A stretch of DNA of 64,000 nt from Eledone cirrhosa (GCA_964016885.1 CAXHJY010000313.1:1-64000); one strand, 5' to 3'. Positions 49,223 to 61,505 are shown, numbered from the stretch's first letter. The notes: generated from the sequence alone by a model not told the origin. Numbers and translations: made by a program.

Positions 49223-51956
49223 TCATCATCATCATCATCATCAACGTTTAACGTCCGTGTTCCACGCTTGCATGGGTTTGGACGGGGGTTTTCCCACTTG
49301 AGGCAAGAGTGATTGTCTTGCTCGCATAGGAATGTCTGGTAGGTTTTCTACAGTTGGATGCCCTTCCTAACACCAACCACATTTACAGTGTGGGTCTGGG
49401 AGGTTTTTACCGTGTTGCCTACATGGCCACAATACAGCGTGGACTGTGTGTTTTTTTGTCGTGACACCTACACGATCTCATTTGTTTCGGCTTGGATGGT
49501 GTGGCACCAACATAACTTTACATAGAAGGGGGCGGTGTTGATGGGACGGGGGTGGTGGGACGGGGTGTATTTTGTTAAAGATGCCTACTGACTGTAGTAG
49601 GTTTTACTTTGTATTTAGGTAAGGCGGGTCTTCTCTATTACTGAGTACCGCCAAAGGTCTCGGTCCAGTGACATTGTCTTGGTGAGGTGTATGTGCGTGA
49701 GGTCGGAGTTTATCAGCTCGTCCCAGGTTTTTCTGTGTCTGCCTATTCCTTGGCTACCATCTATCTTTATTCCCCTGCACTTTGTTATACAGCTATCGTC
49801 CTTCATGCGCATCACGTGACCATACCAACGTAGCCTTCTCTCTAGTAAACAACATCTGATCCCTCTTATTTCTAATTTTTTCCTGAGTTCGTTTATGCTT
49901 TGTCGTTCACGTATATTACTATTACACATCCAGCGGAGCATGCAAGCTTCGTTTCTCTCTAGTCTGCATATATCCTCTGCACACAATGCCCAGGTCTCAC
50001 TGCCATACAACATTGCTGTTCGTATGCAGGCATCGTACAGCCTGCCTTTCATTTTTAGGGAGAACCCTTTAGCGGCTAATAGTGGTATAAGCTCTCTGAA
50101 CTTTTTTCCATCCAGTTCTGACTCTAGCTACTGTACTTTCAGAGCACCCTCCCCCACTGCTGATTTTGTCACCCAGGTAACGGAAGCTGTCCACTATTTC
50201 TATAGAACCCTCTGCGCAGTTGAAAGAGCTAGTATTTTGTGGGCACTTGCTGCTACTTAATGCCCCAGAACACCGGCCACATGTAAAATCTATGTTCTTA
50301 GTTAGCTTACCTGTGATCCCACTACATCTTTTATGCACCCAAAGTTTGCATTTGGGACACAAAATGGAATTTCTACCTACGCCTTTCCTACACTCTGCGC
50401 ATGGCCACTTCCCGGAGGGGACCGCCGCCTTATTTTCTTTCTTACAAACTAGAACTTTAGTCTTAGCCAGGTTAATTTTAAGGCCTCTTGATTCTAGGCC
50501 GTGCTTCCACGTTTGGAATTTCTTCTCTAGCTCGGCCATTGATTCAGCTATGAGCGTTAGATCATCTGCGTATAGGAGTTCCCATGGGCAGCCGGTCTTG
50601 AACTCCACTGTTATAGCCTGGAGGGCAATAATAAATAGTAGGGGGCTAAGAACAGAGCCCTGATGAACACCCACTTTTACACTAAACTCTTCACTATATT
50701 CGTTGTTAATTCTAACCTTGCTGACTGTTTCTTTATACATGGCTTGTATAGCTCTCACAAGCCATTCATCAACACCTAGTTTTCTAAGAGCCCACCAGAT
50801 AATGGAACGGGGGACTCTGTCGAAGGCCTTCTCCAAGTCGACGAAAGCTAAGTATAGGGGTTTACTTTTAGCTAGGTACTTCTCCTGTAGTTGTCGTACA
50901 ATGAAAAGAGCGTCTGTGGTACTTTTTCCTGACACAAACCCGAACTGCATTTCATCTAGATCAATTCGCTCTCTGATTAGTTGCGCTATTACTTTTTCCG
51001 TGACCTTCATGACCTGGTCGATTAATTTAATGCCTCTATAGTTACTCCTATCTAGGGCATCTCCTTTACCCTTATAACAGTTAACGATAATGCTGCTATG
51101 CCAGTCCTTCGGAACAACCCCATTCTGTATGACTTGGTTGACTATCCGGGTGACCATGGTGTGTCCCACCGTACCAGATGCCTTCAGCATCTCGGCAACT
51201 ATTTCCGAAGGCCCAGCCGCCTTGCCTGTCTTCATATCTTTGATTGCCTTACTTATTATACTACCCTCGACTAACACTGCTGGTCCCTCTATTGGGTCGA
51301 TGTGGGGGAGACTGTCTTTCTCCCATTTATTCTCCTCATTTAGTAGCCTTTCATAGTGACACTTCCAAGCTACCTTCTTATCGGCGTCGGTGATGGCAAG
51401 TTTCGCCGTCATCGTTAAGTACACACTTCTCCCCGACAATATCACTGTTTTCCTTGACGCATTGCCTAGCAATCCTGAACACCTCACGTTTTTGGTCCTC
51501 ACGTTGTAGAACATGCTTGAACTTTCTTTCCTCTGCTTCCCTTCTTGCGAAGTACACTTGCCTCCTAGCTTCCCTCCTGGCCACTTGATAGTCTTCTCTG
51601 CTTCCCCCATCCCGCCATACTTTCCAAGCCTGCTTTTTGGCCTTAATTGACTCCTCCACCTTACTGTTCCACCACCATGTTACTCTCCTCCTGCCTACAG
51701 GCCTGCTCCAGCCACAGACTTCGTCTGCCGCCGTCAGCAGGTTTGCTTTCAGGAATTCCCACTGTTCCTCTACCTTGTACGTCTCTAATTGCACTTCCTC
51801 ACTGTCGAAAGCATCAAGTAATATGCTTTGGAATTTATTTTTGGCTGTGGGGTCCTTTAGCTTCCATATTTTTCTCCTGAGGATAGTCCTCTTCTGTTGT
51901 CTAGTACGTCTTGTCCTGACTATGAGGTCGCTGACAATGAGTCTATGTTGGGAGGT
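49223..51956 (-). pseudogene. RTE family A variant, 5'-truncated, frameshifted
   Basis: ORFs 51378..51794, 50069..51610 and 49615..50052 are successive frames of one RT ORF. Confidence 0.94.
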
Positions 51957-52070
51957 ATATGTATATATATATGTATATGTATATATATATATGTATATAT
52001 ATATATATGTATATATATATATGTATATATATAGAAAGATTTGAATGGATACAGTTTAGTTGAAAGGAAT

Positions 52071-52190
52071 TTATTGACACGTGTTTCTATAACAGTTACA
52101 TAACCTAAAACAGCTGCTATCTACAAACTTTTAGTTATGCAGACATTCAATATTTCAATGTTATTATTTACTGTCATTTCATCAGAATAA
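52071..52190 (-). ncRNA. Hammerhead with long branched stem II (downstream pLTR)
   Basis: ttatt CTGATGA a atgacagt...actgttat a GAAA cacgtg TC aataa. Confidence 0.75.
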
Positions 52191-52771
52191 TATTACTGAG
52201 GACCTATTTAGTATTTATAGAGAATATTAGGAGGGAGGGGTGAGGTTGTTAGAAGAATAGTTGAAGGAGTGGTTTTTCGATAGCAGTGAGAATTCTTGGT
52301 GGCAGTGAGTAATTAGATTCCCATCTGTTGTTTTGACATTTTTTATAGAATATATTATTGGTTATTTTTCTAAATCTATAGAAGGATTAGAGATAGTAAA
52401 GATATGCGTGGTTGGTTTTGTGTTTGCACTTAATTATCATTCAGACTTAAATTTTTCTTTCAAGTGTACGTATCCTTTCACCCACGCATTCACACACAAA
52501 TATATTTGCACACCTCTACAAAATACATATACTCACAATTCACATATTCATACTTACATATATATACACATGCATACACATATATATACACACATGTATT
52601 CATGTACATACATACGCGCTCATGTGTATACATTTTCATACTCAACTTATCTTTATATACACACGTATAGACACACACATATATACATACATACTCTAGT
52701 CCATGTGTACACACATACACATACATACACATCTATATACACATATATACATACACATATATATATATATA

Positions 52772-52806
<35 letters not shown>

Positions 52807-53075
52807 AGCACTTTAATACATGAATACACTTACATCTAACTATACACATCAAACATATATATATATTTACTTATTTATATACATTTTCACATATATATAC
52901 ATACTTATGGACGTTTTTAGACACATTCATTATCGCATATTTGCACCTATTCTCATCAGCATATCTTTCCATTATTAGTGTGGTAATTTAAGGTTATTAA
53001 TATATGTTGAGAAGAGATTGTTTTTATATTTTTCTAACTAGATTAAGGTTTATATAGTTGGGGGATGTCCCTCTT

Positions 53076-55376
53076 TTATGTAATATTCGGCTTGTAGTGG
53101 GAAAAAAGGGTTTTAGTTCTGTGACGGCAGAATAATGTTCGTTCAATTCTGTTATTCAGCAGTTTCTTCTTGTGTGTGATTATGTAATAAATCTCAAGAT
53201 TACACAATTTGCAGAAATTTTGGCTCCTGGAAAAGCTTTGGGTTTTAGCTAATTTCTCCCATTTTAGGGTAAACTTTTGATCGCTATCCCTGAGCGTCCA
53301 AGCTTTTTCTGCTAAAGTTGTTACATTTCTTTGGCTCTGGTGTTTTATTGAGTAAGAATGCCTATACAATCGAGATTTAAACGATGTTGCCGTTGATCCC
53401 ACGTAATACCACTCGTTGCCTCCGGATTTAATGGTACACTTATAAATAATATTTTTTTCCAGGCAGTTATTGCCGAGGGGGCAGTTGTCAGGATAGGTGC
53501 AGTTACAGTTGTGTACGTTGGGTTTTCTCTGGAGTAGTATTGCGGACGAACTTAGGTGTGGTTTATTTATGTTTTGTAGTGTATTGTCTACTGTTTTTTT
53601 TGTGTTCTTTGTACTTAAGTTTTTAGTGTTTTCGTTTAACCTTCTAGTATTGATCTTTTTTATGTGTTGTTCAAGGTTTAACGCTGTAGAGTATGACAGT
53701 CTTATAGTGGTAGGGTTTAGGATTTTGTGGTATTTGTGTGATGTAGGAAAATGTCTTTTAATTATTTTAAAGAAGAGTACTGGTAAATTTGTACTAATGG
53801 AACTATTGTATTCGGGGTTATACCATAAGTACTCTTTGCATCGCTTTCTATTAGTTTTGTTTGTTGGTTTACTGGTGTGCATACTATGGTAGTAAGTGTG
53901 GTTTGGTGTTGTGTTATTATATCTACCTATGTGGGATTTATTTTGGGTGTTTTGATTGTTCCCATCTATGTACTCTATTTTGTTGAGGTAGCCTGCTTTA
54001 CTAAGGGCGTTATCGTAGTACTCGGCGTATTCCTTAAATACTTGTATGTTAGAAGATAGACCCGAGATTCTAAGGGAAATATTTTTAGGGATAGATTTAA
54101 TTATAGAGATGGGGTGGTTAGACCCAACATTTACGTATTTGAGATTTTCATTTAATTTATGAAACGGTTTAATCAAACCAGAGTTTAAATTGAGTGTGAC
54201 ATCCAGGAAGTTAACTACTTTAAGGTTGTATTCATATGTTATAGTTAGTCTTATATCTTTGCGTAGTTTTTCTAGTTTTTGGTTATTAAGGTTTTTAGCT
54301 AGGAGGAGAACATCGTCGTGGTATATTCCGCCGTGGAGATTGCTGAATTTTTCCTGGAGTCTAAAGGCGATAAATAACCCCACAATATCAGTTATTTCCG
54401 CCGAATCGTTAGAGCCCATTGTTATGTCAAAGTTAGAGGGTCTATCTTTACGTACCCAATAACTGTTCTCAAATTTGACTATAGTTTTCCTAGCTTCTAA
54501 TATAATCTTAATTTCATCGTTTGTAAGGTCAGAGTTATCCTTAGCAAACTTAATGGCTCTATTCAAAGTTTCAGGTGATATCGATGAGTAATATTCATCG
54601 ATATCAAACTGGATAAACTTAGATTTATTCTTATTGCTAATGCTATTAAACCATCTTATTGCTTCTTGGGTCTTCCCCCAGAGTTTAATGTTAACCTTAG
54701 CCTTAATTTGGGGGATGATTCTATCTAAGATATATTTGCTTATTTTACCTATATATGATTTAGAGGGGCAGATTAATCTAATCTTAGGGTCATTATCAAA
54801 GTTTACCTTGTGGTCCTTAAGATTGAAGGTGGGTACCGCCGGTAAGAGTGGTCCTGTCCTATCTTCGATTCCGAGATTTTTCACTATTTCGCATGCCTCA
54901 TCATTGATGTGCTTAAGGGTTACTTCACTCGTTTTTCTATATTTTTTATGTAATTCTTTTCGAATGAAGTTGTTGTATGTAGTGCAATCCATAGTGTACA
55001 GGTTTGATGTTTTGTCCGCTTTTACTACAATTCCTTTGGTGTTTTTAAGGTCGTCCAGTAGTTTTTTTATATCTTTTTGTAATTTGCTGTTGGTGTTGCG
55101 TTCTTTGAATTTAATTTTAAGGATTAAGTTCATAAGGTCCTGCTCAAATGCATCTAATAGTGGGTTGGTGGGTGGGTTTTTACAAGTCCTAAAACCGAAT
55201 TTATTGTTTACACCACTTTCTAATGTTGAGTTCATACGGCTTCTATCATAGTGGAACGTTTTCCACCTGACACGTCGAATGAATTCATTAGTTTTTTGAA
55301 TCATACTCAATAAATATTCCTTTCTACCTTGGGTTGGTATGTTTTTGAGTGACATATCCAGGTTGTGTTTTTCCAT
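53076..55376 (-). CDS. PLE RT plus C-terminal GIY-YIG endonuclease, 766 aa (Naiad-like)
   Basis: SLKNIP, RRVRWK, KADKT, FDIDEYYSSI, ITMGS, YHDD, FLDV, SNHP, CNC..CPL..CL..IIY, YVGST, CKLC, CRH. Confidence 0.93.
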   Translation of the reverse strand: MEKHNLDMSLKNIPTQGRKEYLLSMIQKTNEFIRRVRWKTFHYDRSRMNSTLESGVNNKFGFRTCKNPPTNPLLDAFEQDLMNLILKIKFKERNTNSKLQKDIKKLLDDLKNTKGIVVKADKTSNLYTMDCTTYNNFIRKELHKKYRKTSEVTLKHINDEACEIVKNLGIEDRTGPLLPAVPTFNLKDHKVNFDNDPKIRLICPSKSYIGKISKYILDRIIPQIKAKVNIKLWGKTQEAIRWFNSISNKNKSKFIQFDIDEYYSSISPETLNRAIKFAKDNSDLTNDEIKIILEARKTIVKFENSYWVRKDRPSNFDITMGSNDSAEITDIVGLFIAFRLQEKFSNLHGGIYHDDVLLLAKNLNNQKLEKLRKDIRLTITYEYNLKVVNFLDVTLNLNSGLIKPFHKLNENLKYVNVGSNHPISIIKSIPKNISLRISGLSSNIQVFKEYAEYYDNALSKAGYLNKIEYIDGNNQNTQNKSHIGRYNNTTPNHTYYHSMHTSKPTNKTNRKRCKEYLWYNPEYNSSISTNLPVLFFKIIKRHFPTSHKYHKILNPTTIRLSYSTALNLEQHIKKINTRRLNENTKNLSTKNTKKTVDNTLQNINKPHLSSSAILLQRKPNVHNCNCTYPDNCPLGNNCLEKNIIYKCTIKSGGNEWYYVGSTATSFKSRLYRHSYSIKHQSQRNVTTLAEKAWTLRDSDQKFTLKWEKLAKTQSFSRSQNFCKLCNLEIYYIITHKKKLLNNRIERTLFCRHRTKTLFSHYKPNIT

Positions 55377-55580
55377 TGTTTTGGTTGCGTTTGCTGTGTG
55401 GGTTGCTCGACTTTACAGGAGGTAAATATACAGTATTTTCCGTTGTGTTGTAATATAAATATTACACACAGTAGATTATCAGCTCACGTAGAGTTTGCTC
55501 GACGGTTCCAGTTGTAGTTCCAAAAGTAATCCGGAGAAAAATAGAAAGATTTGAATGGATACAGTTTAGTTGAAAGGAAT

Positions 55581-55700
55581 TTATTGACACGTGTTTCTAT
55601 AACAGTTACATAACCTAAAACAGCTGCTATCTACAAACTTTTAGTTATGCAGACATTCAATATTTCTATGTTATTATTTACTGTCATTTCATCAGAATAA
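55581..55700 (-). ncRNA. Hammerhead with long branched stem II (upstream pLTR)
   Basis: Copy of the 52071 motif. Confidence 0.75.
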
Positions 55701-56262
55701 TATTACTGAGGACCTATTTAGTATTTATAGAGAATATTAGGAGGGAGGGGTGAGGTTGTTAGAAGAATAGTTGAAGGAGTGGTTTTTCGATAGCAGTGAG
55801 AATTCTTGGTGGCAGTGAGTAATTAGATTCCCATCTGTTGTTTTGACATTTTTTATAGAATATATTATTGGTTATTTTTCTAAATCTATAGAAGGATTAG
55901 AGATAGTAAAGATATGCGTGGTTGGTTTTGTGTTTGCACTTAATTATCATTCAGACTTAAATTTTTCTTTCAAGTGTACGTATCCTTTCACCCACGCATT
56001 CACACACAAATATATTTGCACACCTCTACAAAATACATATACTCACAATTCACATATTCATACTTACATATATATACACATGCATACACATATATATACA
56101 CACATGTATTCATGTACATACATACGCGCTCATGTGTATACATTTTCATACTCAACTTATCTTTATATACACACGTATAGACACACACATATGTACATAC
56201 ATACTCTAGTCCATGTGTACACACATACACATACATACACATCTATATACACATATATACAT

Positions 56263-56324
<62 letters not shown>

Positions 56325-56502
56325 AGCACTTTAATACATGAATACACTTACATCTAACTATACACATCAAACATATATATATATTTACTTATTTATATAC
56401 ATTTTCACATATATATACATACTTATGGACGTTTTTAGACACATTCATTATCGCATATTTGCACCTATTCTCATCAGCATATATATATATATATGTATAT
56501 GT

Positions 56503-59331
56503 ATATGAAATATATGAAATATATGAAATATAAGAATCAAAGAACTGTTCAAAACATTTTTGTGCTTACAACTGTTTCCTCCAAACCGAGGTTTGGATTC
56601 TTCGGAGCAATTTATTAATGAATGGACAGTTATATGACCTCCTTTTCACCCAAGAGACATACAGATACATATGCAAATATTGTGGGTCAACATTCATTAC
56701 AGCATTTAGAGTGGCAGTACACACTTAGAGATTACATTCATATTAAAAGGTACAATCAAAAATCAAAAATACAGGTTAAAATACAACATGAAAATAAGCG
56801 GTTATATAGTGCAAATGTTATATGTGTGGCAAGCACGTGCGTCTTATTTATATAGTGTGGCAGAGAGTTACGTGTAGTAGAAGCACTTAGGTAGGTAAAC
56901 AAGAGTGTTAGGTTGGTTGATCTGGTGGCAAATTCTTTATATGATTGTTATAGTCTGTGTGTGGAGAAATGATATAAGCATTAAAAATAGTGCAAGCATT
57001 AAAGATATTAAAAGTATTGGAAATGCACAGCGAAGGGATGATATGGACTTCATGTACTTCGACATTTTCATAGTTAGGGGAGTGTATTTTTCAGATTATA
57101 TGCCCCTCACATAATCCACGACAATTCGATATTGAGCGTTTGATAATCCAGTTAGAGAATCGTAGTCTGATGTTCATTAGTTCAATACAGGAGGCTGTTA
57201 CGTTTCGAGAATCGACATTGAATACTACCCGGAAGTGTGTGTGTGGCTAAGGGGAGTTAATGCATGAGGGGAGGTAACTCCGAGGTTTCTATTACTAGCT
57301 ATTGAAATGTGTCTCAAAATAGACCCTAATTTCCATGGTTACGCGCAACTTCCAAAAAATTTCTAAAGCATAAAGTGTTTTAACTATAGAGTAGTCTATT
57401 AAGTTGTGCTGAAGGTGTTCATATTATTATGGTGAATTAACCCCCATCGTAGGGTGCCACAAATGAATATTATAGACGACGAGCGAGGATTCTAAATTAA
57501 TGATCTCTGTGGTTGTAGTCTACTCATAGGACCAGGCGCGGTGATTGCAGAATCACTTCAACACACAATGAACTCTGGTAAGTTCTGGGTCATCGCTTGC
57601 TACATTGGATGTCGAAAGATAATCATCACCAGGGCCGACCAGAGGTCAATCCGCAGTCCTCATGACCCCACTCTGACCATCAAATCATCCATATATGTAC
57701 AACCCGCACGCCAGTTGCAATACATTCATTCTCTGCACTCAGCGTCCTGGTCCTACTGCTCAACAGCGTTACTAGATTAAATCGTTTTTCATCTGTCCAA
57801 GGAAGGCACTTCCTCCGCACAACACTACCAAGCCAATCAATTCATGCTTAAATTAGCTATAGAGCGGTGTAGTGCAGTTCAAGTGGGTGGATGTTGTCAC
57901 ACCTAACGTAGAGGTATAAATGGGTATTCTCCCTGCGAAGGGTTCCAGAGGGATGTCGTTGTTTGTGTTATATTAGATCAGTTAGTGTTGGGTATGTGGT
58001 ATAAGGTGTGCCCCTCGTGTTTGATGCTAGAGGTGGTGTTTGGTTCAAGTCCCACATTGCTATATATTGGGCTTAAAGTTTTGGAAGGAATGTCTGAAGC
58101 GGTGCTGGCAAGTTGCAAACACTTCAGATTTTTTGTTAAGTAGGTTACGGTTAGAGAAGATAATATTGTGGGTCTCTAGTATACAGAGGTTACAAAATTT
58201 ATTAGGTGGTTTGTACGAAGTCGCGCTGCCTATCACTTCCTATTTGAGTGTGTATGGTTTATTTTTAGTTTTTAGATAGTGTATGTAGCTAGATAGTGAG
58301 GTGGAGTTGGCTAGGCTGTGCTTTTTGAACGAGTGTATGTGCAAATTATATCTGATTTTGAAGCAGTTAGAAGTGGAGCCTACATAGGTTTCTGAAGAGT
58401 TGCTAGTTGTGACGGTGCATGAGTATATGATATCCTTGGTTAGGCATTTTTTATCTAAAGGGCAGGTTCTATTAGCTCTACAGTTACAATTATCCTGTGT
58501 GTTAGTCTGCTGGTTATAATGCAGTGCAGAAGTCTGGGTGGTAGCTATAGGATTTTGGACATTCGGGTTGTCAACCCCGGTGTTATTTCTTATACTAGTG
58601 TTATTTCTATTGTTACTGCCGTTACTATGGTTGCTTGCTACAGAGGTATTTAGAAGGTTTGCATCCTGTTGTGATTTCATTTGTTGGAAGTAAGAATTAA
58701 TTTTACTTTTATTGCTGCTAGCTATGTGGTATGCTAAGTTAGGCGTCGTAGAGTATGAGATTTTAATAGTGTTTTTGTTTAAAAGGCTGTGGTACTTGTG
58801 TCCTAGAGGGAAGTTTTTATCTAGTAGTGAGAAGAAAGCCCTAGGTATGTTGGTGGAGACATTTAGGTTGAAAGGAGGGTTGAAAAATGTATTATTTCTT
58901 CTTCTATTTTTGTTTTTAGTGTTTGGTGTGTTGTTTCTTCCTAAGGCACTACAGTAGTTTCCGTGGTAATGGTTACTTCCGGTGGCACCCTCCGCTTTGG
59001 TGTACTTGTGGTTGCTATTCCTATTATTAGGTTTCCTCATGGACATGTGCGAGATGATGTTGTAGCTATGTGTTTTCTTAGGTAGGAACTCAATTTCTAT
59101 ATTATGGCCGGATCTAGCTAATGCTTGATTGTAATATTGTGAGTTTTTGCTAAATATGTTTGCGTCGTAGGATAGACTAGAGATTCTATTGGATACCCCC
59201 TTAGAGATAGAGTTTAATATTGATCTAGGGTGATTAGACTTGGTATCTATGTAAATGAGTTTTTCGTTAGGCTTATAGAAAGGTGTATATATTTTTGAGT
59301 CTAGGTATAGTGTGGCGTCTAGGAAGTTAAC
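56503..59331 (-). mobile_element. PLE family 2, diverged 5'-truncated copy
   Basis: VNFLDATL...YTLK* (Trp codon mutated to stop at 58240). Collinear with 23993-26750 and lacks the 13-nt deletion. Confidence 0.93.
56563..56609 (-). ncRNA. Hammerhead motif with CCGAAGA core
   Basis: Core and stems I/II identical to the other family 2 copies. Stem III is CAGTTG. Confidence 0.7.
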
Positions 59332-60230
59332 ATATATATGTATATATATGTATATATACACTTGAATCGGGCAATGGCACGTGCGGACATGATTATCTTC
59401 GTAGGAATTCAATTTGATTTATTTTACTGCATCTCCTCGTATGTATTTATTTTGAATGTATTATCCGTGGTGGTGGGTTTTGCCTAATGTGATATTTCTG
59501 TGTATTATATCCGCTTTGACCCGGGTGTCCTACTCTGTGTGTGTGTGCGTGTGTGTCTGTGTATACATTTATATGTGTATGGGTGTAGGTGGTTGTATAT
59601 GTCTGTATATAAAAATATATATATATGTATACCGTCTCTGCATATGCATGTGGTGTGTATATGTGCATATACGTGCAGAACATATTGGTGTGTATAATCT
59701 TGAGATGTCCCAATGCGGTGACTTCATGATATTGGCTCTTGAAGCTATTTTTTATATATCTTTTGTATGCGCTGTTGAGTATGCATATTAACCCGCCTGA
59801 CCCAACTGTATTTGATTGCTTTCGGCTAGCCCGCCTGCACCTGCTTGCTTTCGGCCCACTTGTCTGCCTCTTGATATTCATGTTGGGGTAAACGATTTTG
59901 CTTGCTACATTGTGACGTTGTAACACTTATTTGTCCGCCCATGGATGCTCCTGCTGCTGCATGTGATTTCTCCTACCTTCCTTGGATATACCTCTGTTGA
60001 CCAATGGACTCCTGCCCGAGTGTGAACCGGTTTGTGATTACCCCACCGCTCAACTGTGTGAATGCACACCCGTGACTTTCGAGTGTGAACTTTTGAGACT
60101 GCCCAACCTGGGACGTCTCCATTGCATTGCAATGGTCAAGTGATACTGATAACTGTGACACTTAGGGCCTTCGTGGGCCCCTGATATATTCAAGAAATAT
60201 ATTCTAAAATATATATCTTATCTCAATTTA

Positions 60231-60520
60231 CTTTATTTTATTTTATTTTATTTTATTTTATTTTATTTTATTTTATTTTATTTTATTTTATTTTATTTTA
60301 TTTTATTTTATTTTATTTTATTTTATTTTATTTTATTTTATTTTATTTTATTTTATTTTATTTCATTTTATTTAATTTTATTTAATTATATCTTATATTA
60401 TATTATTTTATTTTATTTTATTTTATTTTATTTTATTTCATCTTATTATTATAATATATTATATTATACTTTATTTTATATAATTTTAATTTTAATTTAA
60501 TTTTATTTTATTTTATTTCA
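60231..60520. repeat. (TTTTA)n pentamer repeat
   Basis: Perfect to about 60363, degenerate afterwards. Confidence 0.97.
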
Positions 60521-60841
60521 TTCCTCACCCTGTATCACTATTATCTGTATATTTTATATGTATGATTTTTATATTTTTTTATATTTCTTATATATGTTAT
60601 ACGTCTATTTTTTATCTATTCTTACCTACTCCTATCTATCTTATCTATCCATGCGTATGCTTGTATGTAACTGTATGTTGACAGCACCCCGCCCAACTGT
60701 GACCGATAGCACCCCTTATTTTTCAATGCTTATTTTTATTTTTACTTCCTCAATATTTTTAATTTTTTATCTTTTATTATTTTTATTCTTTATTTCTTCA
60801 ATGTCTTGGATTTGTTATTGCTTGTGTAATATGTAATCAAC

Positions 60842-60899
60842 CTTTATGCTCTGATGAGTCCCACTTATAGTGCGAATGAAACAATGTTAGCAAGTAAAG
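60842..60899 (+). ncRNA. Hammerhead motif with partly decayed stem II
   Basis: cttta tgct CTGATGA gtcc-cact-tat-agtg-cgaat GAAA caatg TT agca ag taaag. Confidence 0.6.
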
Positions 60900-61050
60900 A
60901 TATGCATATGCTATAGGCGTTCTTTGTTGTTGATTATATCACGGCTCTGTCCTCAGACATCGAGCTAACCTTATACTGCCTATTGGATAAGTGGAGTGTT
61001 ATACACCCCTAATCCTCTCCCTTATATACTATATATATGTATATATATAT

Positions 61051-61505
61051 AACGAAGGAAATGTGGTAAGGAACCAGGTGGACCATAACGCACCAAAGTA
61101 CTCAATACTTGGGGTAGTAGAGTGGGTAATAGGAACCAGTAAGACCCCGACGGCTGAGCTCAAGCCGTTTCGACGGCTAATTCTGGACTAAATGAAAATT
61201 TATCCTGGTATTTAAATAGCCGATCTTCTCAAGGGGTAATTCCATATATGGTCAAAGTGATTGTCAAAAGTCAGTAGTAATTCTGTGATTGCAAATTAGT
61301 AGGGGAGATGGTGGCTAAACCTGCCAGTAGGAGAAAGTTCACCTACTGGCAGGTTTAGCCACCATCTCCCCTACTAATTTGCAATCACAGAATTACTACT
61401 GACTTTTGACAATCACTTTGACCATATATGGAATTACCCCTTGAGAAGATCGGCTATTTAAATACCAGGATAAATTTTCATTTAGTCCAGAATTAGCCGT
61501 CGAAA
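61051..61505 (-). mobile_element. HHR-bearing pLTR-like fragment with a 164-bp fold-back
   Basis: 61168-61331 and 61342-61505 are exact reverse complements with a 10-nt spacer. The left end abuts TA. Confidence 0.8.
61144..61237 (-). ncRNA. Type-I hammerhead with U3-A8 core variant and full stem III
   Basis: acccc TTGAGAA ga(t)cggcta...tagccgtc GAAA cggct-tgagctc-agccg TC ggggt. Confidence 0.8.

Larger units (their letters stand above)
52031..56482 (-). mobile_element. Near-complete Naiad-type PLE (family 3) with direct pLTRs at 52031-52964 and 55541-56482
   Basis: About 935-bp near-identical direct repeats flank a 766-aa ORF. Each repeat carries an HHR. TA on both sides. Confidence 0.93.
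59361..61030 (+). mobile_element. Unclassified TA-flanked segment with an HHR near its right end; probable PLE 3' region
   Basis: Long non-coding region, HHR about 140 bp before the terminal TA. Same layout as families 1-3. No recognisable protein. Confidence 0.45.

Noticed and set aside
52905-52964. Second hammerhead in the family 3 pLTR (tatg CTGATGA...TAAA aacg TC cata, minus strand)
   Set aside because: GAAA is replaced by TAAA and stem II is unconvincing. At best a relic.
53076-55376. Selenoprotein (UGA-Sec) Naiad
   Set aside because: Some Naiads are known to use Sec, but this ORF has no in-frame UGA. Family 2 is disrupted by a frameshift in two copies and a TAG in the third, not by UGA.
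59830-59925. IHVGVND, resembling an SGNH-hydrolase GxND block
   Set aside because: It lies in a ~35-codon frame bounded by stops, with no other SGNH blocks.
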